Assembly: GCA_963764485.1 (NCBI GenBank)
Contig: CAVXSM010000002.1
Coordinates: forward strand, 18,639 to 82,638
From: an uncultured Actinomycetota bacterium
GTDB lineage: Bacteria; Actinomycetota; Actinomycetes; Mycobacteriales; Jatrophihabitantaceae
Length of the DNA: 64,000 bases
Direction of reading: 5' to 3'
Part shown: piece after piece, positions 19,969-30,333 of the stretch
How the letters are laid out: each line of letters starts with the position of its first letter
Numbering within the stretch: position 1 is the stretch's first letter
Program-made: the position numbers and the translations under genes
Notes under the pieces: generated by a model
What the model saw: the letters and a program-made list of their open reading frames with translations, nothing else
Told to the model about the DNA's origin: nothing
Database searches by the model: none

Positions 19969-20691
19969 TCACGGCAGGGCGACGAAGGAATCCTTCAACA
20001 GATTGAACGCCGATCCGGACGGTGCGCTCAGGACGTAGATCCGCTGCGTGCCGTACACCGCCGCGAGGACATTGATCGAGTTGCCCTTGGCGTCGACGAG
20101 CCGGGCCTGCCGGGCCGGCCGCCCGTGGAAGGTGATCGCCTTGTTCTCGGCCACCGCAAGTCCGGTCGGGCCGGCCATCCCGGCCACCAGCCCGAGCAAC
20201 AGGGCCTCGGACTGCTGGGGTGGAATGCCGGGGTAGAGCTCGGCGCCGGCGACGAAGGCGTCGGCGTTGTCGTCGCCGGTCAGGTGGAAGGTGAACAGTT
20301 GCCCGTCGGCGGCGCCTGGTTTCGTCGTCTCGAGCGGCAGGCCGAGGAAGCGCGCCGCGTAGTGCCCGGCGGCGGAGCGGTAGACGGTGCCCAGGTCGCC
20401 GGGGGAATTGGTCGAGGCGCCGGAGGTGACTCCGCTACCGACCGGCACCGCGGCCGGCCGGGTCGCGCTCGCGCCGAAGTCGAGCTGCCAGGAGGCGATC
20501 GCCGCCGTGACGAGCAGCACGAGGGCCAGCAGGGTGAGCCGCACCCGCCGCTTGTGCCGGCGGGCCGGCAACACGACTTGCGCGACGTAGGTCTCGAGGC
20601 CGATAACGGTCGGGTCGGCCACCCGGGCGGCCGCCGTCCGGGGCTGGTACGGCTCCGGCACGTAGGCGGCCGGCGGCGGGGTCGAGCTCAT
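19969..20691 (-). CDS. Hypothetical single-pass membrane protein
   Basis: One TM segment after a basic stretch; AAGGAG RBS before ATG 20691. Confidence 0.6.
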   Translation of the reverse strand: MSSTPPPAAYVPEPYQPRTAAARVADPTVIGLETYVAQVVLPARRHKRRVRLTLLALVLLVTAAIASWQLDFGASATRPAAVPVGSGVTSGASTNSPGDLGTVYRSAAGHYAARFLGLPLETTKPGAADGQLFTFHLTGDDNADAFVAGAELYPGIPPQQSEALLLGLVAGMAGPTGLAVAENKAITFHGRPARQARLVDAKGNSINVLAAVYGTQRIYVLSAPSGSAFNLLKDSFVALP

Positions 20692-20786
20692 CGGGGCACT
20701 CCTTCGCGCCGCCCCCCGCAGCGAACAACTCACAGAAACTTCACGCAGGGTGTCACGCCGCCGCCGCCACGGTCAAGAACCGCAGG

Positions 20787-20936
20787 TCATTCCGAACCGG
20801 TGTCGAACTCGCGCTGCCCGAGCGACTCCTCCTCGTCCTCCTGCTCCTCGCGCTCGGCTCGGTTCTCGGCCGCGCCCGAGTCGGGCGTGTCTGGCTTGAC
20901 CTGCTGGGGCGCCTTCTCGTCGTCCGGTTCGCTCAT
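20787..20936 (-). CDS. Small acidic protein (49 aa)
   Basis: MSEPDDEKAPQQVKPDTPDSGAAENRAEREEQEDEEESLGQREFDTGSE; GGTGAGG RBS; GC-rich third positions. Confidence 0.5.
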   Translation of the reverse strand: MSEPDDEKAPQQVKPDTPDSGAAENRAEREEQEDEEESLGQREFDTGSE

Positions 20937-21025
20937 GCCCTCACCTTGCCCATTCGCGGCACCGCCAGAACGGACGGCCGGGGCTGCCCTTCGGGGCGAT
21001 ATCAGCCCCGCCGGCGCCGCTCGCG

Positions 21026-22468
21026 CTACCCGGCGACGGTCACGTCGTCGAGCTGGGCCCAGGTGTCGCCGCCGTTGGGCCACAGTCCGCCGTAGATGAC
21101 GAGCGTGGTGTTGCTTCCGCTGTTCACCGTCGTCGTGATCTTGGTGTAGTTGTCGAGCCGCGCGTAAGTCGTCTCGCCGACGACGGTGCCGCTGGTCGTC
21201 CGCAGACCGAAATAGCCGGCGTTGTTGTTCGCCGACGTCCGGACCCATGCCGACACCGTGTAGCTGTGGTTCGCCTGCACGGCGATCGTCTGGTGCACGT
21301 CGTTCCACCCGGACGTGTTGCGCACCCAGGCGTTGCCGGTGCCGCCGTGCGACAGACCCGCGCCGTGGTCGGCGCCGCACTGGCCGGTGCAGGCCCACGG
21401 GCCCAGGCCGGCGGCCTCGAAGTCGCCGTCGGCGAACGCCGGCGGTGGCGGGCCGGACCCACCACCCAGGGCGGCCATGATCTTGGGCATCGCATCGAGG
21501 AACGCGAAGTTCCAGCAACCGAAGTTGTGCCCGCCGTCGCAGCCGTACGGGGCGGACGGGCCGGGACGCCCGTACATCCAATAGGTGTGCGGGACCCCGG
21601 CGGCGGTGAGGGCGGCGTCGAAGCGGTCGGCCGACGCGCGCATCGTGCCCTCGAGGACGTCCTGGTCGTTGCTCCCGCCACCGGCGTAGAGCGCGACGCC
21701 GACTCCGGCGAGGCGGGCGGCGCGGTTCAGCGGGTTGACCGCGTTCCACGCGCCGTCGGCCGGCCAGAACGGGTTGCCGAACGGGCCGTAAGGGTTGAAG
21801 CCGTACTGCGTCGCCTGCTCGGTGACGACAGAGCGGGTACCCGAATCGCCCATGTCCACGGCACCGGAAAAGCTCGCGACGAAGGCGAAGAGGTCGGGGC
21901 GATCCTGGGCGTAGCGGACGGCGCCGAAGCCGCCCATCGACAGGCCGGCGATCGCGCGGCCGCTCTTCGACGCGATCGTGCGCAGGTTCGCGTCGACCCA
22001 CGGGATGAGCTGGTTGATGTGGAAGTCTTCCCAGTTCTGGGTCGTGCCCGACTGGTTGACCCAGTTGGTGAACCAGCCGACCTTGCCGCCGTCCGGCATC
22101 ACCGTGATCACGGGGTAGCCGGCGGTGATGTTCTCTTCATCGCCGCCGCCGGTCGTCCACTGCGCCGAGTTGCCGCCGGCACCGCCGTGGAGGAGGTACA
22201 GGACGGGGAAGCGAGTCGTGCCGCTCGTGAAGTAGTTGCCGGGCAGGGTGATCCGGACCCGGTTCGGGCCGATCACCGCGTTGGCCGAGACCTTCGCTGT
22301 GGTGATGTCGACCTCGAAGGTGCGGGAGGTGATCCAGCGCCAGCCGGTGACGGTGATCCCGTTGCTGGACACCATGTTCGGCGCGTCCGCGGCGGCGACC
22401 GGCATGCCGGTCGCGAGCCCGGCGACCACGACCAAGGACAGCAGGGCTACTCGGATCCGACTTGACAT
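21026..22468 (-). CDS. Secreted esterase (alpha/beta hydrolase) with C-terminal carbohydrate-binding module
   Basis: Signal peptide; PVLYLLHGG, AIAGLSMGGFGA; Pro linker; DGDFE...W...LDDV CBM-like domain. Confidence 0.8.
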   Translation of the reverse strand: MSSRIRVALLSLVVVAGLATGMPVAAADAPNMVSSNGITVTGWRWITSRTFEVDITTAKVSANAVIGPNRVRITLPGNYFTSGTTRFPVLYLLHGGAGGNSAQWTTGGGDEENITAGYPVITVMPDGGKVGWFTNWVNQSGTTQNWEDFHINQLIPWVDANLRTIASKSGRAIAGLSMGGFGAVRYAQDRPDLFAFVASFSGAVDMGDSGTRSVVTEQATQYGFNPYGPFGNPFWPADGAWNAVNPLNRAARLAGVGVALYAGGGSNDQDVLEGTMRASADRFDAALTAAGVPHTYWMYGRPGPSAPYGCDGGHNFGCWNFAFLDAMPKIMAALGGGSGPPPPAFADGDFEAAGLGPWACTGQCGADHGAGLSHGGTGNAWVRNTSGWNDVHQTIAVQANHSYTVSAWVRTSANNNAGYFGLRTTSGTVVGETTYARLDNYTKITTTVNSGSNTTLVIYGGLWPNGGDTWAQLDDVTVAG

Positions 22469-22528
22469 CCCATCGCCTCCGGAATGGTGTATCGCTGGCG
22501 TACATCACGTACGGTACCATCTGTGTAC

Positions 22529-23182
22529 ATGACTGTGGAAGAACGTATTGACCGGCTCCCGAAGGGCCCGCACGATCTGACCCGGGCCCAGGTCGAGGCA
22601 TCACAGCGGCAGCGCATCCTCGACGCGGTGCTCGACGTGGTCGGCGAGCAGGGGTACGCCGCCACGACCGTCGCGCACATCACGAGCGCCGCCGGCGTAT
22701 CGCGCACGACGTTCTACCAGCAGTTCGCCAACAAGCAGGTCGCGTTCCTCGTCGCCTACGACGAGTTCGGGCGCCAGTTCCTGGGCGGGCTGGGCTTTGC
22801 CCGTGGCGCATCGCCGGCCGACGTCCTGATCGATGCTGCTGATCGGCTCTCGAGCCTGGGGCGCACCCGGCCGCTGGCCTGCCGCGCGTTCCTCGTGGAG
22901 ATCCATGCGGCGGGCGAGGAGGGGCTCAAGCACCGCGACAAGATGATGCGGTTGGCCGAGAAACGCTTTCAGCGGGTGTCGGAGTGGCTGCGCGGCATCG
23001 ACCCGGAGCTACCGTCGCCGCCGAGGCTCGTGGGCCGCGGCGTGGTCGCCGCCTCATGGGAACTCACCGCGCAGGCCGTCCGGAAGACCGGCGACACGAG
23101 CGCAGAGACGCGCGAGGCGCTCGGCTACATCTGGCTGCTCGGGCTGACCGGACGCCCGGCCGAGCGCTACCTGGCGCCGTAG
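22529..23182 (+). CDS. TetR/AcrR family regulator
   Basis: GYAATTVAHITSAAGVSRTTFYQQFANK; divergent from the esterase. Confidence 0.92.
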   Translation: MTVEERIDRLPKGPHDLTRAQVEASQRQRILDAVLDVVGEQGYAATTVAHITSAAGVSRTTFYQQFANKQVAFLVAYDEFGRQFLGGLGFARGASPADVLIDAADRLSSLGRTRPLACRAFLVEIHAAGEEGLKHRDKMMRLAEKRFQRVSEWLRGIDPELPSPPRLVGRGVVAASWELTAQAVRKTGDTSAETREALGYIWLLGLTGRPAERYLAP

Positions 23183-23207
23183 CGCCGAGGCGGCCGCGCC
23201 CCAACGC

Positions 23208-23257
23208 GAGTTGTCCGCGCTAAACGGCGCTATATCGCCGTCTAGCGCGGACAACTT
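23208..23257. repeat. 50-bp REP-like palindromic element (copy 1)
   Basis: GAGTTGTCCGCGC-N24-GCGCGGACAACTT; the same arms recur at 60824 and 60887. Confidence 0.85.
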
Positions 23258-23270
23258 CGCCGCGTGGCGG

Positions 23271-23648
23271 TGGTGGAGGTGGCGGGAATCGAACCCGCGT
23301 CCTCCGTCGATTCATCAGGGCTTCTCCGGGCGCAGTGTGCAGCGTCTCTACTCGGCCCCGACGATCACGCACACGTGTCGTCAGTGACAGGCCCAGCCGC
23401 TGTGATTTGTCCCGTCCTCCCCCGCGACCGAGGAGGGCAGTGAGTCACCTAGCTGATGCCAGCATCCGGGCCGGTGACGAACCCGGGCTGACAGACTTGC
23501 TCAGGCTGTACTAGGCAGCGAGAGCGAAGTCAGCGCGATTGGAATCGGCGCTTGTTTTTTGTTGTGTCGCTAGTTTTACGAGGGCAGCAACACGTACCTC
23601 GGCCCGCTTCCCCTGACTCCACGAACGGAGTCGAGACCATTCACCCCC
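23271..23648 (-). ncRNA. ssrA: tmRNA
   Basis: 5' GGGGGTGAATGGTCTCGAC; 3' GGGTTCGATTCCCGCCACCTCCACCA; tag ORF ADSNRADFALAA* at 23549-23511; smpB nearby. Confidence 0.96.
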
Positions 23649-23680
23649 TCGACTGAACTTCTCCAGGGTAGCCGACGGGA

Positions 23681-24421
23681 CTAGTCGGCGTCGGGTCCGT
23701 AAAAGCCCTCGGGCAGCGGCGCCCCGGCGGCCGGCACCGAACCGGACGGCGCGGCCGGCGCCTTGACGGCCCGCACGAACGACGGCGTCGAAGCCAGGAA
23801 CCGGGCGGCGATGGCGTCCAGCCAGCCGATCACCTCGTCGTCGAGGGCGACCCCGTCGAAGGTGCGCAGCAGCAACTGCGAGTCGTTCAGGATCAGCCGC
23901 TGCACCGGCGCGCGCAGCAGCACGTCGCGCGCGGCCGGGCCGAGCACCCGCGGCACCGCGTCCGGCTCGTCGGTGCCAATCAGGTAGGTGGCGTCGAAGG
24001 GCGGGTCGTCGAGCGAGAGGCGATGTGCGGCCTCCATCGGCACCCCGGTGCGGCCGACGGCGGCCCGGTTGTCGGCCACCATGAACGGCACCCGGCCGGG
24101 CAGGTTGACCGTGAGGGTGCACCAGCGGCCCCCGCTGTCCTCGCTGAAGTACTCCTCGGCCACGCCGAGATAGCCGTAGGTGACGGTGTCGCGGCGCCGG
24201 CGGACCCGGGCCGACCAGGCGCCGCCGCCGAAGGCGGTCGCATCGGTGATGGGGGTGTCGACGAAGCGGGCCAGCGCCGGGACGCCGGGCTCGTGCGCGG
24301 CCGGGCGGCGCCGCATCCAGCGCACGGTCTGGACGCAGACGACGACGATCACGACCGCGAGGATGACGCCGCCCAGGACGCCCCCAGCGATCCGCTCGAT
24401 CTCGACCCCCGCCGATAGCAC
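23681..24421 (-). CDS. Hypothetical membrane-anchored protein
   Basis: N-terminal TM segment; DDPPFDATY...VLGP pattern. Confidence 0.6.
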   Translation of the reverse strand: MLSAGVEIERIAGGVLGGVILAVVIVVVCVQTVRWMRRRPAAHEPGVPALARFVDTPITDATAFGGGAWSARVRRRRDTVTYGYLGVAEEYFSEDSGGRWCTLTVNLPGRVPFMVADNRAAVGRTGVPMEAAHRLSLDDPPFDATYLIGTDEPDAVPRVLGPAARDVLLRAPVQRLILNDSQLLLRTFDGVALDDEVIGWLDAIAARFLASTPSFVRAVKAPAAPSGSVPAAGAPLPEGFYGPDAD

Positions 24422-24434
24422 CTCAATCCCCCAA

Positions 24435-25304
24435 TCACAGGCGAAGCAGACGCGCTCCGTTGTACCAGCAAACCGCCCGCAACCACTCGTCCCCGAGATC
24501 AAAACTCTCGAGGGCCGTCAGCTGCTCGGCGTACGCATATGGGATGTTCGGGAAATCCGTGCCCAAGACGACCTTGTCCTGCAGGTCGCCGAACCGTCGT
24601 ACGTCATCCGGACCGAACGGTGCAAGATCATTCATGAACGGCGTTCCGACCATCGTCGTGTCGAGGTACACGTTCTCATGGCGACGGGCCAAGTCGGCGT
24701 GCTCGGCGTATTCCGGCGAGCCGCCGTGGGCGATCACCGCGGTGAGCCGCGGATGGCGCGCCAATACCACCCCGAACGGCCCCGGGCCGGTGTGCGCCCC
24801 GGCAACCGGCCCGCTGCCGCAGTGCACCACCACCGGCGTCCCGGCCTCGGCGAGCAGACCCCACACCGGGTCGAGCAGCTCGTCGCGCGGGTCGTAGCCG
24901 CCGACCTGGACGTGGGCCTTGAACACGACCGTCCCGGCCTCGACCGCGGCCCGCACGTAACCGGCGGCCGACGGCTCGGGATAGAACGTGCCGGTCGCCG
25001 CGCAGCCCGGGGTGGCCGCGGCGAAGTCGCGAGCCCAGGCCGACAGCGACTCGGCCATCCCCGGCTTGTGCGGGTAAACCAGCGCGGTGAACGCCCGGAC
25101 GCCGAACCGCCCGAGCAGCGCCAGCCGCTCGGCGACCGGCACCCGGTAATGCACCGGCCACGCGCGGCCGTAGTGCTCCGCGGCGTCATCGAAGTAGCGC
25201 CAGACCGCGTCCATCACGGGCTGCGGCATGAAGTGGGTGTGGATGTCGACCAACCCGGGCAGCCCGAGCGCCTGCCACCACCCGGGGACGTCCTCGTCCT
25301 TCAA
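24435..25304 (-). CDS. Amidohydrolase family protein
   Basis: [35 protein letters not shown]. Confidence 0.9.
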   Translation of the reverse strand: MKDEDVPGWWQALGLPGLVDIHTHFMPQPVMDAVWRYFDDAAEHYGRAWPVHYRVPVAERLALLGRFGVRAFTALVYPHKPGMAESLSAWARDFAAATPGCAATGTFYPEPSAAGYVRAAVEAGTVVFKAHVQVGGYDPRDELLDPVWGLLAEAGTPVVVHCGSGPVAGAHTGPGPFGVVLARHPRLTAVIAHGGSPEYAEHADLARRHENVYLDTTMVGTPFMNDLAPFGPDDVRRFGDLQDKVVLGTDFPNIPYAYAEQLTALESFDLGDEWLRAVCWYNGARLLRL

Positions 25305-25801
25305 TCCATGCCCTTGCCGCGGCGGCCGAGCGCGCGCTGCACCTCACGGTCGGCGTCGCGCTTGGCGAGATCCTGGCGCTTGTCGTACGAGCGCTTGCCC
25401 CGGGCCAGGGCCAGCTCGACCTTCACCTTGCCGGCGGTGAAGTACAGGGACAGCGGGACGAGGGTCAGCCCGCTCTCCTTGGTCTTGCCGATCAGGCGAT
25501 CGATCTCGGCCTTGTGCAGCAGCAGCTTGCGCACCCGGCGCGGCTCGTGGTTCGTCCAGCTGCCCTGCTCGTACTGCGGGATGTGGACGTTGCGCAGGAA
25601 CACTTCGCCGTCGTCGATGGTGGCGAAGCCATCGACCAGTGACGCGCGGCCCAGGCGCAGCGACTTCACCTCGGTCCCGGTGAGCATCACGCCGGCCTCG
25701 AAGACGTCGACCACGGCGTAGTCGTGGCGCGCCTTGCGGTTCTGCGCGATGATCTTGCGCCCGGTCTGCCGATTGCTCGACGCGGGTTGGGCTGCGGGCA
25801 T
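25301..25801 (-). CDS. smpB: SsrA-binding protein
   Basis: [39 protein letters not shown]. Confidence 0.98.
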   Translation of the reverse strand: MPAAQPASSNRQTGRKIIAQNRKARHDYAVVDVFEAGVMLTGTEVKSLRLGRASLVDGFATIDDGEVFLRNVHIPQYEQGSWTNHEPRRVRKLLLHKAEIDRLIGKTKESGLTLVPLSLYFTAGKVKVELALARGKRSYDKRQDLAKRDADREVQRALGRRGKGMD

Positions 25802-25804
25802 GGG

Positions 25805-26707
25805 CTACAGCCTGACGTACAGACGCAACGTCGCAAAGGCAGTTGCCGCGGCCAGCACGATGCCGGCGATCAGTCCGATGCCGCCAGCCACGAGGATGTC
25901 GTTGGTCGACAGCGGCGGAATGATCCCCTTCTCGACCGGGATCTTGAAGATGCCGTCGAGGACGAAGTGCTTGCCGATCGCGATCATCACCATCGCGATC
26001 AAGCCGCCGATCGCGGCCGCCACGATCGTCTCGAGCATGAACGGCAGCTCGGTCATCCATCTGGACGCACCGACCAGCCGCATGATGCTGGTCTCGTTCT
26101 TGCGTTGGGCCGCTGCGACTTGGATGGTGTTGGCGATCAGCAGGATGGATGCGATGAGCACGACGAGGGCGATCAGGATCGCGAACAATCGCACGCCGTC
26201 GATCACGTTCAGCAGCGTCTTGAGGATCGCGCTCTCGTTCGTCGTCCCGGACACCCCGGTCTCGCTCTTGTACTTCTGGACGAACGGGCCGTAGTCCTTC
26301 TTGATGTCCTTGAGCTTGATCGTGAACGACGCCGGCAGGTCACCGACCTGCACCAGCTTCGCGACCTCGGGCGACACCGTCTCGGAGTAACGCCGCACGG
26401 CCTCGGCCGGCGACACGAAGCTCACCGAGGTGACGTTCGGATCGTCGTTGAGCTGCTCGCGTAGGGCATCGGTCTCGGGTTGGGTCGCCTTGTGGGCACA
26501 GCTGCCCTGCTTGGCCGAGCACAGATACAGCGAGACGTTGAGCTTGCCCTCGTAGGCGCTCTTGAACTTGATGATCTCGCGCTCGGCGAGGATCGCGGCG
26601 CCGACGAACGCGAGCGCGATCGCGGTGCTCAGCACGAGCGCGATCGTCATGGTCAGGTTGCGGCGGATGCCGGTGGCGACACCGGTCAGCACGAAGTTGG
26701 CCCGCAT
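25805..26707 (-). CDS. ftsX: Cell-division permease FtsX
   Basis: RRNLTMT, IANTIQVAA, IMRLVGAS..PFMLE; follows ftsE. Confidence 0.93.
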   Translation of the reverse strand: MRANFVLTGVATGIRRNLTMTIALVLSTAIALAFVGAAILAEREIIKFKSAYEGKLNVSLYLCSAKQGSCAHKATQPETDALREQLNDDPNVTSVSFVSPAEAVRRYSETVSPEVAKLVQVGDLPASFTIKLKDIKKDYGPFVQKYKSETGVSGTTNESAILKTLLNVIDGVRLFAILIALVVLIASILLIANTIQVAAAQRKNETSIMRLVGASRWMTELPFMLETIVAAAIGGLIAMVMIAIGKHFVLDGIFKIPVEKGIIPPLSTNDILVAGGIGLIAGIVLAAATAFATLRLYVRL

Positions 26708-27396
26708 CAGCGGCCGACCCCGTACACGCCGCGGTTCTGGTCGCGGATGACCTTGCCCATATCGAGCTCGATCACCCGGCGCCGCATCGCGTCGACGATG
26801 TTGTTGTCGTGAGTGGCCATGACGACCGTGGTGCCGGTGCGGTTGATCCGTTCGAGCAGGCTCATGATCCCCTGGCTGGTGTCGGGGTCGAGGTTGCCGG
26901 TGGGCTCGTCGGCGAGCAGCACCAGCGGGCGGTTGACGAAGGCCCGGGCGATGGCGACGCGCTGCTGCTCGCCGCCGGAGAGCTCGCCCGGCATCCGCTG
27001 GGCCTTGCCGGTGAGACCGACGAGCTCGAGGACCTCGGGGACGGTGCGGCGGATCGCCTTCGGCGACTTGTTGATCACCTCGAGGGCGAACGCGACGTTC
27101 TCGAAGACGTTCATCTTGGGCAGCAGCCGGAAGTCTTGGAAGACGCAACCGATCTTGCGCCGCAGATCCGGCACCTTGCGGTTGGGCATCTTGCCGACGT
27201 TGCGGCTGTCGACCATGACCGTGCCCCTCGTGGGCAGCTCCTCACGCAGCAGCATGCGCAGTACCGTCGACTTGCCCGAGCCGGACTGACCGATCAGGAA
27301 GACGAACTCGCCCTTGTCTATCTCGATCGAGACGCCGTCCAGAGCCGGACGCGCCCCGGCCGGGTAGATCTTGGAGACGCCCTCAAGCCGGATCAT
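26707..27396 (-). CDS. ftsE: Cell-division ATP-binding protein FtsE
   Basis: [34 protein letters not shown]. Confidence 0.96.
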   Translation of the reverse strand: MIRLEGVSKIYPAGARPALDGVSIEIDKGEFVFLIGQSGSGKSTVLRMLLREELPTRGTVMVDSRNVGKMPNRKVPDLRRKIGCVFQDFRLLPKMNVFENVAFALEVINKSPKAIRRTVPEVLELVGLTGKAQRMPGELSGGEQQRVAIARAFVNRPLVLLADEPTGNLDPDTSQGIMSLLERINRTGTTVVMATHDNNIVDAMRRRVIELDMGKVIRDQNRGVYGVGR

Positions 27397-27538
27397 CGGG
27401 TTGCCTTGCTGCGTTCAGTCACGGGATCCGAGGTTACCTGGCCGTTATCTGTTCCCCGGACAGGCGACTCGGCTCGGCTCAGGTAGCGCCCGCGCTCGGC
27501 GGAAACCCTGTCGGCGGCTGTTGCTAGCGTCACAGAAC

Positions 27539-28525
27539 GTGGAGGTCACCGTCGATCCAGACAAAGCGGGCGCACCGTCAGCCCCGGCCGCCCCTCCGCT
27601 GATCTCAGCCCGAGGCCTCACCAAGGTCTTCGGCGGCTTCACCGCGGTCGACGGCATCGACTTCGACGTCGAGCGCGGTGAAGCGTTCGGCTTCCTCGGC
27701 CCCAACGGCGCCGGCAAGAGCTCCACCATGCGGATGATCGGCTGCGTCGCCCCGATCACTGCCGGTTCGCTGCGCATCCTCGACATGGACCCAGCCACCC
27801 AAGGGCCGCAGATCCGGGCCCGGCTCGGGGTCGTGCCGCAACTCGACACGCTCGATCTCGAGATGACGGTGCGCGAGAACCTCTACATCTACGGGCGCTA
27901 CTTCGGTATGCCGCGCTCAGTGCTGCGCACCAAGGTCGACGAGCTGCTCGAGTTCGCGCAGCTGTCCGACCGCGGCAAGTCGAAGGTCGAGCCGCTCTCG
28001 GGTGGCATGAAGCGGCGCCTCACCATCGCCCGCTCGCTGATCAACGACCCCGAGATCCTGCTGCTCGACGAGCCGACCACCGGCCTCGACCCGCAGGCCC
28101 GGCACGTCCTGTGGGACCGCCTCTACCGGCTCAAGCAAGAGGGCGTCACCCTCGTGCTGACCACGCACTACATGGACGAGGCCGAGCAGCTGTGCGACCG
28201 CCTCGTCGTGATGGACGGCGGCCGCATCGTCGCCGAGGGCTCGCCGCGCAGCCTGATCGCCCAGCACTCCACCCGCGAGGTCGCCGAGCTGCGGTTCCGT
28301 CCGGGCACGAACGCCGAGGCGGCGACCAAGCTGGGGCAACTGCTCACCGGCGAGCGCGAGCGGGTCGAGGAACTGCCCGACCGCGTCCTGCTCTACGTCG
28401 CCGACGGCGAGGCCGCCCTCGGCCGGGCCCACGAGCTGGGACTGACCCCGGTGTCGTCGCTCGTCCGGCGCAGCACGCTCGAGGACGTCTTCCTCCGCCT
28501 AACCGGCCGCAGTTTGGTGGACTGA
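27539..28525 (+). CDS. ABC transporter ATP-binding protein (NodI/DrrA-like)
   Basis: GPNGAGKS, LSGGMKRR, LLDEPTTGLDP. Confidence 0.92.
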   Translation: MEVTVDPDKAGAPSAPAAPPLISARGLTKVFGGFTAVDGIDFDVERGEAFGFLGPNGAGKSSTMRMIGCVAPITAGSLRILDMDPATQGPQIRARLGVVPQLDTLDLEMTVRENLYIYGRYFGMPRSVLRTKVDELLEFAQLSDRGKSKVEPLSGGMKRRLTIARSLINDPEILLLDEPTTGLDPQARHVLWDRLYRLKQEGVTLVLTTHYMDEAEQLCDRLVVMDGGRIVAEGSPRSLIAQHSTREVAELRFRPGTNAEAATKLGQLLTGERERVEELPDRVLLYVADGEAALGRAHELGLTPVSSLVRRSTLEDVFLRLTGRSLVD

Positions 28526-28673
28526 CTCATGCGCCGTTCGCCGATCTCCTCAAGGACCCTCGCTCCGCTCGGGTCCATCGTCGATCAGCACCGCGCCTTC
28601 GGCGCTTGCCGAAGCGGCTTCGCCGCCGGCCGGCGCGCTCTTCGCGCGAGCGCTCATCGCCGGGTGGTCACCT

Positions 28674-29492
28674 GTGACTACTGACTTCCAGCGCCAACGC
28701 GCAGACGCGTTGGACAGCGGGCCTAGTCCCGGCGTAATGAGCATCGTTGAGCATGAACTCATTGATGCGCGACGGTACTGGCGCGGGGTTGTGGTGGCGG
28801 GGTTGCTCACGCCGCTGCTGTACGTCCTCGCGCTCGGCATCGGGCTGGGCACGGTGGTCAACAGCCACCACAACACGCTCGGCGTGCCGTACGTCCAGTT
28901 CGTCGCGCCGGCGTTCCTCGCCGCCGCCGCGCTGCAGACCGCGGCGGCGAGCGCGACCTTCCCGGTGATGGCCGGGTTCAAGTGGATCCGCTACTTCCAC
29001 GGCATGGCCGCCACGCCGCTGACCCCGAACCAGATCTGCGACGGCAAGGTGCTGTGGATCGGCCTGCGCACGTTGGCGAGTTCGACGGTGTACTTCGCGA
29101 TCATGCTCGGCGTCGGCGGGGTCCACCGCTGGCAGGGCGTGTTCGGCGTCCTGGCCGCCACCCTCACCGGGCTGGCCTTCGCCGCACCGGTGCTGGCGAT
29201 CTCGGCCTCCGTTTCGTCCGAGGGGCAGGCGTTCAACATCCTGTTCCGGTTCGTCGTCACGCCGATGTTCCTGTTCTCCGGCACCTTCTACCCGATCAAC
29301 CAGCTGCCGAGTTGGGGCCGCTGGGTAGCGCACATCTCGCCGCTGTGGCACGGCACCGAGCTCGCGCGCGGCGCGGCCATTGGCGGTATCTCCGATCTCG
29401 TCGCGCTCGGCCACCTCGCCTACCTGCTGCTGTGGCTGGTGGTCGGCGTCGGCCTGGCCCGCTGGCGCTTCCGGGTGAGGTTGACCGAATGA
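28674..29492 (+). CDS. ABC-2 type permease
   Basis: YVQFVAP, ATPL, PMFLFSGTFYP. Confidence 0.9.
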   Translation: MTTDFQRQRADALDSGPSPGVMSIVEHELIDARRYWRGVVVAGLLTPLLYVLALGIGLGTVVNSHHNTLGVPYVQFVAPAFLAAAALQTAAASATFPVMAGFKWIRYFHGMAATPLTPNQICDGKVLWIGLRTLASSTVYFAIMLGVGGVHRWQGVFGVLAATLTGLAFAAPVLAISASVSSEGQAFNILFRFVVTPMFLFSGTFYPINQLPSWGRWVAHISPLWHGTELARGAAIGGISDLVALGHLAYLLLWLVVGVGLARWRFRVRLTE

Positions 29493-30319
29493 CCATCGTC
29501 GCCACCGACGCGCGGCGGGCCAGCACCGCGCTGCGCATCCTGCCGCCCGGGCTCTACAGCCGGCGCGCGCACGTCGTGCTCGAGCGCGCGTTCCGGGTGT
29601 ACCGGCGCAGCTGGCTGGTGATCTTCTCCGGCTTCTTTGAGCCGCTGTTCTACCTGTTCGCGCTCGGCACCGGGCTGCACCGTCTGGTGGGCACGGTGGT
29701 CGGGCCGGGCGGGCACGTCATCAGCTACACCGCGTTCATCGCGCCGGCGCTGCTGGCGTCGTCGGCCATGAACGGCGCGATCTTCGACTCGACGATCAAC
29801 GTCTTCTTCAAGCTGAAGTTCGCCAAGCTCTACGACTCGATGCTGGCCACTTCGATCGGTCCGGTCGACATCGCCATCGGCGAGATCAGCTGGGCGTTGT
29901 TCCGGGGCGGGCTGTACTCGGCCGGGTTCCTGGTCGTCATGGTGGCGATGGGCTTGACCGTGTCGTGGTGGGCGGTGCTGCTGCTGCCGGCCGCGCTGCT
30001 GATCGCGCTGGCCTTCGCCGCCGTGGGCATGGCGCTGACGACATTCATGAAGGGCATCCAGGACCTCGATCTCGTCGAGGTGGCGATCCTGCCGCTGTTC
30101 CTGTTCAGCGGCACGTTCTACAGCCTGTCGGTCTACCCGGCCTGGCTGCGCGTCGTTGTCGAGTGCCTGCCGCTGCAGCACGGCATCGCCCTGCTGCGGG
30201 CGCTGAACGCCGGCGTGCTCGACTGGTCGCTGCTCGGGCACGCCGCGTACTTCGTGGTGATGGCGGGAATCGGCCTGGTCGTCACCGCGCGGCGCCTCGA
30301 GCGCCTGCTGCTGCACTGA
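29489..30319 (+). CDS. ABC-2 type permease
   Basis: SGFFEPLFYL, YTAFIAPALLASSAMNGA, PLFLFSGTFY; ATGA overlap with the previous gene. Confidence 0.9.
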   Translation: MTIVATDARRASTALRILPPGLYSRRAHVVLERAFRVYRRSWLVIFSGFFEPLFYLFALGTGLHRLVGTVVGPGGHVISYTAFIAPALLASSAMNGAIFDSTINVFFKLKFAKLYDSMLATSIGPVDIAIGEISWALFRGGLYSAGFLVVMVAMGLTVSWWAVLLLPAALLIALAFAAVGMALTTFMKGIQDLDLVEVAILPLFLFSGTFYSLSVYPAWLRVVVECLPLQHGIALLRALNAGVLDWSLLGHAAYFVVMAGIGLVVTARRLERLLLH

Positions 30320-30333
30320 CCGACCCGTCCGAC

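Noticed and set aside
23183-23271. Element integrated at the tmRNA 3' end
   Set aside because: No integrase nearby, and no duplicate of the ssrA 3' end was seen; only a REP-like hairpin.
23511-24122. 203-aa ORF ending in ...DFALAA
   Set aside because: Spurious frame that runs into the tmRNA tag-coding region.
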